A stretch of 64,000 nucleotides of DNA from Eledone cirrhosa (Eukaryota): contig OZ024740.1 in NCBI GenBank assembly GCA_964016885.1, forward strand, positions 50,344,001 to 50,408,000. The letters are read 5' to 3'. The position numbers and the translations under genes were made by a program. Every line of letters starts with the position of its first letter. Within the stretch, counting starts at the first letter, position 1. Shown in pieces: positions 34,452 to 48,501 of the stretch. The notes below the pieces were generated by a model, which worked only from the letters and a program-made list of their open reading frames with translations, did not search any database and was not told the DNA's origin.

Positions 34452-37402
34452 AACCATAGCAGGTACAGTGAATTTTTTTTAATTTATTTTAAAACTTTTT
34501 CTTATTTGCTAAACCTTGATTATATATATCATCATCACCGTTTTATGTCCGTTCTTCCACGCTATCATGAGTTAGATGGGTTGTCCTGTTGTGGGCAGTG
34601 TCCGGTCGGCTGACCTTGTCTTGCTCATACGGGAAGTGATTCTGGCTTGATTTCTATAGCTGGATGCCCTTCCTAACACCAATCTCATTTACAGTGAGTG
34701 CAGGGTGCTTTTTTTCTGTGGCGGCTACACGTCCACTTTACAGTGTGGGCTGGGTGCTTTTTTTGCCGTGTCACCTCCACGACCACTTTGCATATATATA
34801 TATATATATAAACCAACAGGGTAAATATTTATTATTAGTACAGATTAAAGTTTATATCATCATCATCATCACCATTTAACATCCATTTTTCCACACTAGC
34901 AACTATTCCAGTGTCCAATGTGGCTTGCCACATTGGACACTGGTCGTTGATAATCTCGAAATATCAGGACATAGGAATCAATTAAGGTAAAAAAACAAGC
35001 CTTTTCTTACAATTTAATTATTTTCCGTCCAAACCCGCATATATGTGTGTGTATGTTTGCATGAAAAGAAAGTGAGAATATAGATAGGCACAAATACCCA
35101 GATATTATTGGATGAAACTTACAAAAGAAATATTGTTTAAATATGAAAATTAAGTCAATCACAATAAAATACAATTCTGAAATAAAGTCATCCTAATATC
35201 AGTATTTCACAAAAAGAAAACAATCAATAAACATGGTTGTTTGCTAATGGTAATTAATATTTCTAAACACATTTCTCTATCCTAAACACATTTCTCTTTC
35301 TTTCTGCACAAAATGTCTGCAAGTGAGCTGGGTATAAATAAATCAAAGCAGTTATGTAAGCAACGTCGTGTAGAAGTAAGAGGACATTTCTGGTATAAGT
35401 TCATTAACTTTTACATTCATTTTTCTTCTCTTTTATATATTTATTTTTTCCTGTGAAATATAATCTGCAGTTTGCCCTCCTTTCTGAGTGCATGGGTATT
35501 AGTATTAAATAAAAAAAATCTTGGAAAGCATAATAGACTAAACAAGTAAATTACATCTCCTTATGCCAATCACCTCTAGATCAACACCTTGAGTAGATTT
35601 TCTTCTCAGATTACCAAGTGGTAGCAGATTGGTTGCTGTAAAGTTAAACTGAAATAAGAACGAAGGTAATAGCTATCGAGATGTACAAAGATGAAACAGT
35701 AGAAGAAAAATGTCATCTCTTGGTAGTCATATGTACAAAGAATCTAACAAAAAAAACTAACATTTCTTTAAGAAACCAAATGATGGCAACTAACTAATCA
35801 TATAATTAAACCTATATTCACGATCAGATTCAATAAAATGTATTTTTCTGTCAAGCATATCTTGACAGTAAAACAAAATTATATCTTAGTTCCTTATTAG
35901 AAAATGATATTACTAAATCCCTCCAGATTTTTGATAATTTTCAAAATGATTTTAAGATCATAAGCAGCATCTTTCATTTAAAATATGGCGATGACATGCA
36001 ATAATATATAGTCAATAATATTATTTGAAAGCCTCAACTTTGAGTTTAAGCCATATTTTAAATACAAATCATTTATTTCTATAAATGACCATATTGTAAA
36101 CCAGTAAAGATTCTGAAAAGAGGGAATCAAATTGAGTAAATTTGCATACCCCAACCTAAGGTGATTGGGATCTCTACAAATCAACAGAAAAGATGGGGTA
36201 TCATATTATAATGAAGATATAGTGTTAAAAAATAAGAACTTCAACATTGTTAGCAGGTTGGTATTAAACTTGTGTTAAAAAATGTTGAAATTATCTAAAG
36301 CAATCAGTGTACGTGGGTGTCCTACAAATTCAATGAGCTTCAAAATAGCTATTGAAATGATGAAAAAAAAATAGTAAATTCAAACAGTCAGAGAATGAAA
36401 TGCCTAAATTAAAACTAGAGAGAACTCAATGTTAAGGGTCATCTATAATAGATGAAAAACAACAGTTAATTTAGCTCTAATGAAAAACAACAGTTAATTT
36501 AGCTCTAATGAAGACAACTTGTCTAGGTTTATGATCTAAAACTTCTCATTTTTAAATATTCCTATTTTAAGAAACTGATCCTATCCCAACTCTTTCCTAA
36601 CTTTATGTAAGAATATTTTTTTATGTTCAAAACAGCAGTTTATTAATGAAAGTTATTTAGTTATTTTACTAAATCCTTCCAAATACTTGATTATTCTCAA
36701 AACCACTTAAATACTGACAGTATATTTCATTAGAAACATGAACATGGTGAGGGCTAAAATATAATATTTGATGGATGAAATTTGAAACTACTGAAGAAAT
36801 GCAGTTCAAAACACAGAATCTCAAGAAAACCAACTGGGGTTAAGTTCTGAAGGAAGTGATTGGAAAATAAGAGCGTCATGTTGTTCATGTGATAGAGAAG
36901 GAATAAAATGCTAGACATTGTGTAAATTATGTACACATGCCCAATACATTAAGTTGGTAAGTAAAGTCAAATAAAAAAAAAAAAGATCTAGAACAAAACA
37001 GAATACTGATGTGAGGTGCTGAGTGGTACTAATTTAACGTTAATAGTATGGAAGGAAGTAATTATATAATGGTTACTAAAACAATTGTATGCAATCACAA
37101 CAGAAAACTGCCTACATCTGCTTAGTTATAAAAACAGCAGCAGCAACAACAAATTAAAGCAAAAATCTGACAGTTTTATGTAGGTTTATAGTTCAGTAGT
37201 TTCACATTGGTTTATTGTAGATGTGACATTTTCAGTGATCAGCCAAATTGCAAATCGAGGGAAATGTATCTCTAAAACATGGGTAGGGAATCCCTCACAC
37301 AAGTATGAAACTTGTCTGCATTTAAATCTGAAATATGCCTGTTGGAAAATTTTCTGGAAACCCATTTGAAAAAAGTTTAAATCTTAAAACCAAAATAATA
37401 AC

Positions 37403-37636
37403 TTAACCCTTTTGTGACTGTATCTCCACTGAAGTACACTCTATTTCAATTAATTAATTAAGAATTTTGAGGGATTTACTAAAATGATTGACTACTTCAT
37501 TACTAAAATAGTAACTTAATATAGTTCTTGTATATATGTATGTTGGGAGATTTTAATTTAAATAGGAATCTTTTAAAATGGTTTTGTTTCATAGAACCAG
37601 GGCTGGTTTTGGCCAGGTTGGTATCAGAATGGTTAA
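37403..37636. mobile_element. piggyBac-type MITE family 2
   Basis: TTAA|CCCTTTTGTGAC...GTATCAGAATGG|TTAA. Related copies at 16486-16695 and about 30226-30412 (reverse). Confidence 0.65.
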
Positions 37637-39997
37637 TATAAGTGTTGAATACATACGAATTTCTAAATGCAAAGATTCAAGTTTTCTCAGCACAGTTGTG
37701 CCTCCACAGGTTCTTATAGATTTGTAATTTTCCCCTGGCATAAAAAATGTTCCCCCGTCTCTGCTCTAGAGCATTTATCAATTTACATAGGTTTCAGGGG
37801 CTTTGTTATTTTGGTCAGGTATTATCATCTTATCAATATTAAACAGTGAAAGCTGTAATCATAACAGCTGAAAAGATATGTTAAGATTGCAAGGAGCAAT
37901 CTAACTACTTATTAATATAAACAATAAGATATATGATTCCTGCCAAACATATATCATCCAACTCCTATAAAACACTAAGTGTGGTACAGAAATGAAAATT
38001 AACAAAGAAATACTTTCTCATATAGAGAAGTAATTAATTCATAGCTGTCATGATATTATGTAACTTTCTTTGAATGCTTATTGACACTAGATGATTTCAT
38101 AACTATTTTACACCTGTTTTCCATGTTGGTATGGGTTGAACAGATTGTCACATTCTCAGACTAGATAAGTCAGATGACCACTTCCCACTTATATATTCTA
38201 GTTTGGCATGATTTCTATGTCTGGATGCCCTTCCTAATGTCAGCCACTTACAGAGTGTACTAAGTGCATTTTATCATAGCACCAGCACTAACACTTTACA
38301 GAATAAACTGGGTGCATTTTATTTTGGCACCAGCACTGAAACTTTACAGCATGGATTAATTTTATTTTCGATATTAACTGATCTGATTGAATTTTACATA
38401 CTCCATCGATTTAAAAATAGATTTCTAATATTTGAAGGGCTTTATCAAGACAATGGATTAGTTACCCTTATTAATTGTAACCATTACACACATACATACA
38501 TACAACAGGTAGATAGATAGATATGTAGAAAGAAAGACAGATAGACAGAAGATAAAAATATAGATATATACTCAATATAGTATATGGAAGGTTAGCAGAA
38601 CAGAGATGAACTAAAATGGGAAAGTAGAAAATGGTTCATAATGGATATAGCATAGAGTTACGGGAGAGCAAGAACTAATCCTCAGCGAATAGCAAAGCTA
38701 AATAGTTGCTGCATGATTGTAATGGTTACAGCTGCACCCTGTTTGGTATGGTGGCTGCAAGGATAACATTGGGGAAACGCGTGCAACAGTGTAGGCCAAA
38801 AGAACCTGGACATTCCATGATAATACGAATGATGCTTGACACCGCTGGAAGTAGCGTTACTGTTGGAAGACATCGAAATTGTTGTGATCTCCAGTTGACA
38901 GCTGGTGAATGGAGTTTCTCGCAATGCATACTGTTTGTAAAATATAATAAATACATATGATTATTATATATCATCATCATCATCATCATTTTACATGTGC
39001 TTTTTTATCCTGGGGTGGGTTGGACAGGTCATTACAATCCAAATCAGTTCTTATTTGGAGTTACTGCCCTCCTAGACAGGTCAAGGATTATGTTTTGCCC
39101 ATATGTTACATTGTTATCAATGAGGAATCCTCTCTGCTTTATATTGTCCTCATTCATTCTTTCAATGTAGCAGAGAGGTTGTCTCATCCCCTGCATTATT
39201 TCCATTTGTTTGTTCTAATCTTTTCCAAATTATTACATGGAAAGAGAGCCAGGCCAAGGTGATAAAGGAGTAATAGAAGAGAACCAGTGATAGATGTAAC
39301 ATTTTTTTTTTTAAATATTAGATGTTTTATAAAAATTAAAAAAAAGAGAACGGGGGCATATAATCAAAGCTTATGGGTTATAAACTTTATCAAGTAAATA
39401 TAACTAGTATATTATAGACAATGTGGATTAACAGTATCGGGAGAGATTCAGGCGTTTTGCAGCATAGGGTTATGGCCCTTTGTGTTCTGAGTTCAAATCC
39501 CACCAAGATTACCTTTGCTTTTCCTCCTTACAGAGTCAATACAATAAAACACCAGTAATGTACAGAAGTTGATTTAATTGACTTTCCCTCCTTCCCAACA
39601 AATTGCTGGCCTTGTGCCAAAAGTAGAAACAATATTATAGACAATATCTATTTTATAATAGTTGTATATACAGAGAGACTTAGCTTGATGTATATTTAGA
39701 TGTAAAAATGTATCAGAATTATTATTTTGAAGCTGGAATATTTTTATAAAAATAATGGTTTCTACTTTAGGCACAAGGCCAGCAAATACCCAGTGCATTA
39801 CTGGTACTTTATTTTATCGACCCCGTAAGAATGAAAGGCAAAGTCAACCTCGGCGGGATTTGAACTCAGATCGTAAAGGGACGTAACTATGCTGGAAAGC
39901 ATGGCGTCCGACCCTCTACCGATACTGCCAATCCATAAAAATAATGTTTTGAAACAATTTTACTTAATGCTATTTTTTTTATTTTATAGATTGATAT

Positions 39998-40328
39998 GGA
40001 GGCTCATGGCTTAGTGGTTAGAGCAGTGGGCTTGCAATCGAAAGGTTGTGAGTTCAATTCTCAGACCGGGTGATGTGTTGTTTCCTTGAGCAAGACACTT
40101 TATTTCACATTGCTCCAGTTTACTCAGCTGTAGAAATGAGATGATAGGACTGGGTCCCTATCATTCCACTGCAAAGTGGTCATGGAGGTGCCACAGCAAA
40201 AAAAACACCCAGCACTCACTGTAAATGAGGTTGGTGTTAGGAAGGGCATCCAGCTGTAGAAATCAAGCCAGAATCAGTTCCCGCCCCACCCTTGCAAGCA
40301 GGGAAAAGCGGACGTATGATGATGATGA
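39998..40328 (+). mobile_element. SINE family A copy
   Basis: Near-identical to 714-1110. Further copies at 43183-43520(+), 52315-52654(-), 58620-58842(+, truncated) and 63068-63416(-). Confidence 0.88.
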
Positions 40329-41030
40329 TTTATTAAGAAAGAGTAACTGAAGAAAGAAGTGATAGACAGCTGCTTGATGGTTGTTGGTAAAGAGATTGGA
40401 CAGAACCAAAGCAACATGATCAAAAAGGTTATAGAAGAGGAACAACATGATAGAAGAGAGTAGTGAAAGGGAACCAGAGATGGAAGCAAGAGATAGATAC
40501 AGGAGAGCACAATGAGAGAAACAAACAGCAACATTTGGGTTCTTGCTAAAAACATTGAAGCGGAACAATATGGCTGACAGAAATTTAAGTGTAAATATTA
40601 AACAGCAAAGATTTTTTGGTACATCTGACAATGGCATATTTGACTCAGAATTGGCAAAAGGTGAAACAGAGTGATGAGTGAGAGAGACGGGATGATGAAT
40701 GAGTGTAATGGGAGGCAAGGTGGGATGGATGTAAGTAATGAGTGATGCGATAGAAGAGGGAATAATGCAAAAGGAGTGATGGATAGCAATAAATATGAGT
40801 GATAATCATGCAACAATAAAAGATCGAGGAAGGGAGAGAGGAAGATAGAATGGTTAGCAATAAAGAATTAGAGTGAATGGTGCTCTCTTGCATGTTTTTC
40901 AATTCTGAACACCCACAAAGAGAGACCTTTTGCTTTCTAACTGCATGAATAATCTCAGTTATTTGAAATTTTTGCAGCTTATTGCATTTTATACAGGAGA
41001 CTATCCCCCCCCCCTGTCTCTCTCTCTCTC

Positions 41031-41064
<34 letters not shown>

Positions 41065-41266
41065 TATACATATATACCTAGGATAGGGTGATAAAAGCTG
41101 ACCTTCCCCAATTGCACCTCTCAAAGGCGATGACAGGACCATGACCTCTGGCATCACGGAATAATACAAAAAACCCAACTTCCCACGGGAACAACCTGAC
41201 ACTGCAGCATATAGACAATATGCTCCCATCCCCTCCCACTGCAAAGTGGTCATCGAGGTGTCATGA

Positions 41267-41304
<38 letters not shown>

Positions 41305-41526
41305 CCCAGCCCACGTGTAGGCGCCATTGGTAAAAAAAGCACCCACCACTCACTGCAAATGAGGTTGGTGTTAGGCAGGGCATCCAGCTGTAGAAATTAA
41401 GCCAAATCAGTTCCTGTATGAGCAAGACAAGGTCACCTGACTTGGCATTGCCCACAACAGGACAATCCGTCTAACCCATGCTAGTGTGGAAGAATGGATG
41501 TAATACGGTGATAATGATGATGATAT

Positions 41527-41563
<37 letters not shown>

Positions 41564-42194
41564 ATGCAAAGTCGAGAGAAACTATGAAAGAGGAAGACCT
41601 AGAAAAGTTTGAGACGAAGTGATAAAAGCTAAACTTGCAACCTCACAAAGGAGACGACACAGGATCGAGATCTCTAGCATTGTGCTGTACTGCAGAAGAC
41701 CCGCCCTTCCATGTGTAAAGGATGAAATGAACATGTAGAAGACACTAGTCAGCACCAATCTTCTGCTCTTTACCTCTCCCCAGTCTTAATATCTCTCATC
41801 AACCGCTCTCACCAGCTAAATGACAAACACACCTCACCCATGTCGAACCTGCATACTTGTTCCCCTTACCCTCAATCTTTCCCTGCCCAAAACACAAAAA
41901 ACACACACAAAGTCCACCCCATATGGTGATCTGGTGCTATAACAATAAAGCACCCAATCAACATGCCTGTAAGATGGCCTGTTGCTGACATGAAAAATCC
42001 TGTAAGGTAGTCTTGCTGGCGACACAACAAAAAAAGCACTCAGCCCACCTTCTTAGATGGCTGTTTTGGTGCCACAATAAAAAGTACCCAGTCCACATTG
42101 TAATGTGGTTGGCATTAGGAAGGGCATTCTGCCATAGAAAGCAAGCCAAAATACAGATCCATATGAGCAAAACATGGTCACCTGATTTTGTTAG

Positions 42195-42710
42195 AGGTGC
42201 CTACTGACTGTAGGTTTCGTTTTGTACTTAGGCAAGGCGGGTCTTCTGTATTACTGTGTAGCGCCAAAGATCTCGGTCCAGTGACATTGTCTTGGAGAGG
42301 TGTAAGTGTGTGAAGTCGGAATTTATCAAGTCGTCCCAGGTTTTTCTGGGTCTGCCTACTCCGTGGCTACCGTCTATTTTTATCGCCCTGCACTTTTTTA
42401 TACAGCTGTCGTCTTTCATGCGCATCATGTGACCATACCAACGTAGTCTTCTCTCGAGTAAACAACATCTGATTCCTCTTATTCCTAATTTCTCCCTTAG
42501 TTCATTTATGCTTTGCCATTCACGTATATTACTATTACACATCCAACGGAGCATGCAAGCTTCGTTCCTCGCCAGTCTGCATATATCCTCTGCACACAAT
42601 GCCCAAGTCTCACTGCCATGTAACATTGCTGTTCGTATGCAGGCATCATACAGCCTGCCTTTCATTTTTAGAGAGAACCCTTTAGCAGCCAATAGTGGTA
42701 TAAGCTCTCT
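42195..42710 (-). mobile_element. RTE LINE 3' ORF fragment, same subfamily as 23575-27132
   Basis: RELIPLLAAKGFSLKMKGRLYDACIRTAMLHGSETW...; near-identical to 26268-26780. Confidence 0.93.
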
Positions 42711-44822
42711 GTATATATATATATTCATAACACAGCAGAGAAGCATGCTAAACTTAAAGAAGTTTAAATCTGGTGCCAGCAAAGCAGCACTTGTTAAATA
42801 TCAAAACTATCCCCATCTCGGCCATAAGTATAGAAAAGTAAGATGAAAATAAATAATTAAATTTACTAGCCTACGTTTTACCCCTTGTAAATCAAAGCGG
42901 CTGACTTGACTTAGTAACTTAACAGCTTAGTCCAGCAACCTACTCCCACCAGCTAATACTAAAGAGCTGTGTCTCCGACCCTTTGTTTGCACGTAGTCAT
43001 CATTTGTACATCATATGCTACCTTATAACTGGACTGCTAACGTATGTTCAGTAATATGGTGAACATATTAAAAATAAAATATTACACCTTAATACCTATC
43101 TGATGACAAGACATCAAATGATTATCATGCAACCACTTTAATGTCTTAGAAATGTACATAACAGAATGATATAATAAACAAAGGCTTAGTGGTTAGAGCA
43201 TTGGCCTTGCAATCGAAAGGTTGTGAGTTCAATTCTCAGACCGGGTGATGTGTTGTTTCCTTGAGCAAGACACTTTATTTCACATTGCTCCAGTTTACTC
43301 AGCTGTAGAAATGAGATGATAGGGACTGGGGTCCCTATCATTCCACTGCAAAGTGGTCGTGGAGGTGCCACGGCAAAAAAGCACCCAACACTCACTGTAA
43401 ATGAGGTTGGTGTTAGGAAGGGCATCCAGCTGTAGAAATCAAGCCAGAATCAGTTCCCGTCCCACCCTTGCAAGCAGGGAAAAGCGGACGTAAAATGATG
43501 ATGATGATGATGATGATGATATATATATATATATATATATATCATCACTTTGGTCAAATTGAACCGATAAAACAATGTTTCCATTGGTCTTTCCAATTGC
43601 TAATACTTTCTATTGGTCGCAACTCCAGGTAAAAGGAGCAACGTGAAATAAAATGTCTTGCCCAAGGACATAATGCATCACCCAATTCGGGAATCGAATT
43701 CACAACCTCGCAATTGCGAATCCAATTCTTTAACCACTCAGCCATGTGCCTCACAAATATATATTATATACATATAATATAGACATATATATACACACAC
43801 ACACACACATATTGGTGAACTACACAATAAAAGCACCCAGTGCACAATGTAATAGGGGTTGGTGTTAGGAAGGGCATCCAGCCATGGAAAGCTTGCTAAA
43901 CAAGGGGTTGGGAGGACCCTTCAGTTTGTGTCAAAAGCTACTTCTCCTCAGCACTCAATGATTGTACGTAAGCAGGATACAGACTCTTCAACCTAACTGG
44001 GAGGTCAGAAGCCCCGATTCAGTACTGACTTGGTCTATGTAGACCCATCCAACCTTTGCTAGCAGGGAAAGTGGGCATTAAATGTTGACAATGAAGATAT
44101 ATATATACTCCATCCTCCCACTTCCCTCCACTGTAAAGTGGTTGTGTAGGTGACACGACAAAAAGCACCTAGTCCACACTGTAAAGTGGTCATGTAGGAG
44201 ACACGGTAAAAAGGCTCCAGTCCACACTGTAAATGTGGTTGGTGTTAGGAAGGGCATCCAGCAATAGAAAACCTGCCAGAAACAGTTCTGTACAAGTGAG
44301 ACACGGTCACCTGACCAATCTTGCCTCAAGTGGGAAAACCCTTCCAACCCATGCTAGTGTGCAAGATGGACGTTTAACAATGATGATGAGATATATATAT
44401 ATATATATATACATGTTGCTCCAGTATACTCAACTGAAAAAGAGTACTTGCAATAGCTGGGAGTTTAACCCTGCAATGGACTGGAGTCCTGTCAAGGGGG
44501 GAGTATTCTCAGTCACTTAACACCATGGAAACCAGGATAAGCACCAGCCTGATGAACCTCCAAGCTAGAGACAGACTTTAGACTAGATATATATTTATAC
44601 ATACATATGTATAAATGTAAACGTGGTTGGTGTTAGGAAGGGCATCCAGCCGTAGAAAACCTGCCAGATAGTCCTATATGAGCGAGACACGGTCACCCGA
44701 CCAACCTTGCCTCAAGTGGGACAACTCCCGTCTAACCCATGCTAGCGTGGAAAATAGACGTTAAACAAAGATGATGATGATGAATAGAGAGAGAGACATG
44801 CACATACATTCATGAAATATAT

Positions 44823-45300
44823 ATCATCATCATCATCGTTTAATGTCCATCTTCCACGCTAGCATGGGTCTGGACGGGAATTGTCCCACTTGAGGCAAGA
44901 TTGGTTGTCTTGCTCAGGACTGTCTGGCAGGTTTTCTACAGCTGGATGCCCTTCCTAACACCAACCACGTTTACAGTGTGGACTGGGAGGTTTTTACCGT
45001 GTTACCTACACGGCCACATTACAGTGTGGACTGTGTTTTTTTTTTTTGTCGTGACACCTACACGACCTCATTTATTTAGGACTGGATGTTGTGGTACCAA
45101 CATAACTTTACATCGAAAGGGGTGGTGTAGATGGGGGTGGGGGTAGGGGTAAGGTGTGTCTTCTGTATTACTGCGTAGCGCCAAAGATCTCGGTCCAGTG
45201 ACATTGTCTTGGAGAGGTGTAAGTGTGTGAGGTCGGAATTTATCAAGTCGTCCCAGGTTTTTCTGGGTCTGCCTACTCCGTAGCTACCGTCTATTTTGAT
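44823..45300 (-). mobile_element. RTE 3' end with internal deletion
   Basis: Reverse complement of the RT C-terminus (GRPRKTWDDL) joined directly to the 3' UTR and (GAT)n. Confidence 0.85.
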
Positions 45301-48300
45301 ATATAATTACATATACGTGTTTGTGAAATAATACGAACTACTTATTTTCCATTGTAGTTTCCTGTATTTCTTGCATAGTCTGATGAATGTTAAAAAAATA
45401 AAACAGGTAACATGAAGTAACTATGGTGAAAAATCTCTAGTTTATCATACTTTATATACATATATATTACTCTAGCTTACCACACATGGATTAACAAAAT
45501 GAGGACAGTGTACATATAGCATTAATAAAAGATTATAGATCCTTTTCATTAATAAAGGACATTTATTAATATGATGGGATATGACTTACAAGCAATAATT
45601 CTCGGTAATAGTGCATTTATTTTAATCCCTCTCCCATTTGACAAAGCTATTGTTTGAAGTATGACATCTTCCCAAAGTCAAGCCATTTCTGACAACTCAC
45701 TCACTATCTTGCTGAATAATCATGGACAATTACTACTAGTCACTAATCTGTCTTATATCTGATTAAAACTAATTTATACAGATACAACACTTGAATTAAC
45801 ATTAGATTAGCCCTACATCTTATTTTATCCTGACAAATGAATGAAAAGAAACAACAGGGAAAAACAAAAAGCAAATCAAGAATCTATGTAAACTATCATA
45901 GGTTATCATTTAGGAAAATACCATAAAAGTTTCATCCATAGTTCAAATGGATCATCTTTCTGAAATGTTAAAAAAGTCAAGTTTTGTCTTAACATAAAGA
46001 CAGTCTTTGATAATGAACAAAATATCTGTTGCAGGTCAACTTTCACCCTTCAAGGGGTTAACCCTTTAACATTTACATTACTCTATATTTACTATTGTAT
46101 TTTCACAGTAAAGGCTTTACCTCACATAATATTGAATCTATGTGATTTTGATAATATTTATTTTGAGAACAATACCTTAATGTCCGTATGAGCAGCTGGT
46201 TACAGCCAGTTTGAACAGAAAGAGGTGAGACAATTATGAACAGAAATGGCCAGTTTAAATGCTAAAGGATTAATAAATAAAAGTACCACTCAAGTACTTG
46301 AGTTCATTTAATCAACTACCCCCTTCCCAAAATATGTGGCCTTGTGTCAATGTTAGAAATCAATATTACAGTATTCTATATTGCTCTATAATAAATTAAT
46401 ACTGCCATATAGGAGCCATTAAAACAATACAGTTTACCAGATGTTATAAAATGCCTAAAAACAAATCTATACTATGTTGAGGTCATAAAACATACTGGAG
46501 ATTTCTGGTGTCCTAGGCCTTAGGGCTTATCTCCCTACTCACCACCATCAGCACAGAGTTGGTTACCTGCAGGTGTGAGCCTTGCAAGCTGGAATGTCTC
46601 TTCCAGTGCATCTCCCTCACCATCCTCCTGGGAAATGCCTCTTCTATTCTGTGAGCCTCCATTTGCTCATAATAGTGAGAGATGGGGAAAGTGGGAGATG
46701 GAGGCAATGACAGTGGGAGCTTGATGTATATGTATGTTTCACAGACACACACACACACACACTGAGGAATTGTAGGTACAAGTAACCCTTTGCTACTACT
46801 GGTTTCACATACATACACTGAATCTATAATTATTGATATCTTCCCTATGTCACTCTTTATTAACATTCACTATTCTTTCATACCATAACCTAGACAAGAT
46901 AGAGCTCGGAAATCAGAAAGTCACTATCGTTAGAGCCATTACTTCTTCGAATTGAGAGATTACAGTTTCAATATTAGTCATGTGGTTAGAATGTCTCAGA
47001 AAACAAGTGTTGGACAGATTTTATGGGCAAAACCAACTGGCAGGAGACCCAGGAGTAGACTCCGAGCAAGATGGCTAGATAACATCCATGAGCTCAGCTG
47101 GTCTTGTTTGGAGATCCAACATATCAGTTGGAGACTGTTGCTTCTGATAGGACTCTGCCAGGGGCAATGCTTGAGGACTCCACCCCAGGAATAAGTGGAT
47201 GAAGAAAAGAAGATCCAAAATTCAGATCTCTGTTATCACTCGTTTTTGTTGCCATCCTTTAATCTTTCGCTCTCTTTCTCTCTTGCACACTCCACCTTCC
47301 TCAATGACATACATCACACACTCTCTCATCACTGCCTCCCCATCTTTTCCCCATTGTCGTTTATGCTGTTGTTCTATTCAATCTCCTTACCAACAACTAA
47401 TATGAAACTGTCAGTCTCCACCATTACATCACCCTACCACGTTCTTGTTCCTATTAGTGTTCACCCATCATACTTACATCCTTGGTTCTTTCAGTCTCTG
47501 TTATGTCTGCCAAAAACAACATATAGGATAGGTGACTATTTAGTCTTACATGACACAAGACAATTACTCTAGTGCTCAGTACTCAAGTGGAACTTCTGAC
47601 TTCTCGGGCTGTGTGCCTGCTTCTTGCTAAGTGCATTTTATTATAGCAACAGCACTAGTGATGTTGTCATGTTTTGACACAACTAAAAAATACCCCAGAC
47701 CCTTTGTTTGGTAAGTTTTCTATGGCTGAATGCACTTCCTATTACCAAACACTTTACAGAGTGTACTGGGCGTGTTTATCGTGTAGATCACCAACAGTAG
47801 GGTGGTTGTCACATCTTTGAGACAATATATTTGGGATGTCAGGTTATTAATTATCACTTTATAATTATATAAGTTGGCAATGATTAGATTTTGTTTTTCA
47901 TATATTTAACCTCACAACTGTGACCTAGAAATACAACCTGTAGTCAACCAGGAACCTGAAATAAGCAGAGATTCTTCCTTGCTCAGAGCACAACAATACC
48001 GACGCAGTAAGGTTCAGGCATAGTTCATTTCAAAAAAATAATAGTCTGTTGAAAGTATAAATAAAAGTCATCACTGACAAACAAGCCAAAAAAGGGCCCT
48101 CCCTGTGCTAGCTTTACTTGCTAGAATAATAACATAAAAATCTCCTTCACCCACACGATCGTCGTCTAAAACAAGGAAAGGAGACATCGCACAACAAATT
48201 CTGAGACATACCCCTAACTCTAAAATGACAGAATGGTCGTAGCTGGAATGTTTTTGATCATAGGTCTACTCGATCTGTATTCATCAGGAGCTAAACACCA

Positions 48301-48462
48301 AACAATTCAATCACTAGTTAAAATTCAGAGAACCCACTCTCCCGTCAGCTGTCACTGTTTGTACGACAAAACGTAGACAGCCACTTTGTTACGAGTTATT
48401 TTATTTATAATTTAATTTTTTTTTTTTATGATTATTGCTATTGTCCACATATACTACGTTGA

Positions 48463-48501
<39 letters not shown>

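Larger units (their letters stand above)
33798..34527 (+). mobile_element. Non-coding Penelope-like/retrozyme-like element: 243-bp repeat, 244-bp spacer, 243-bp repeat
   Basis: Direct repeats 33798-34040 and 34285-34527 (period 487, about 7 mismatches), each with a hammerhead motif. (TA)n-rich flanks, no ORF. Confidence 0.7.

Noticed and set aside
36452-36512. 28-bp tandem duplication atgaaaaacaacagttaatttagctcta
   Set aside because: Simple slippage duplication with no further structure.
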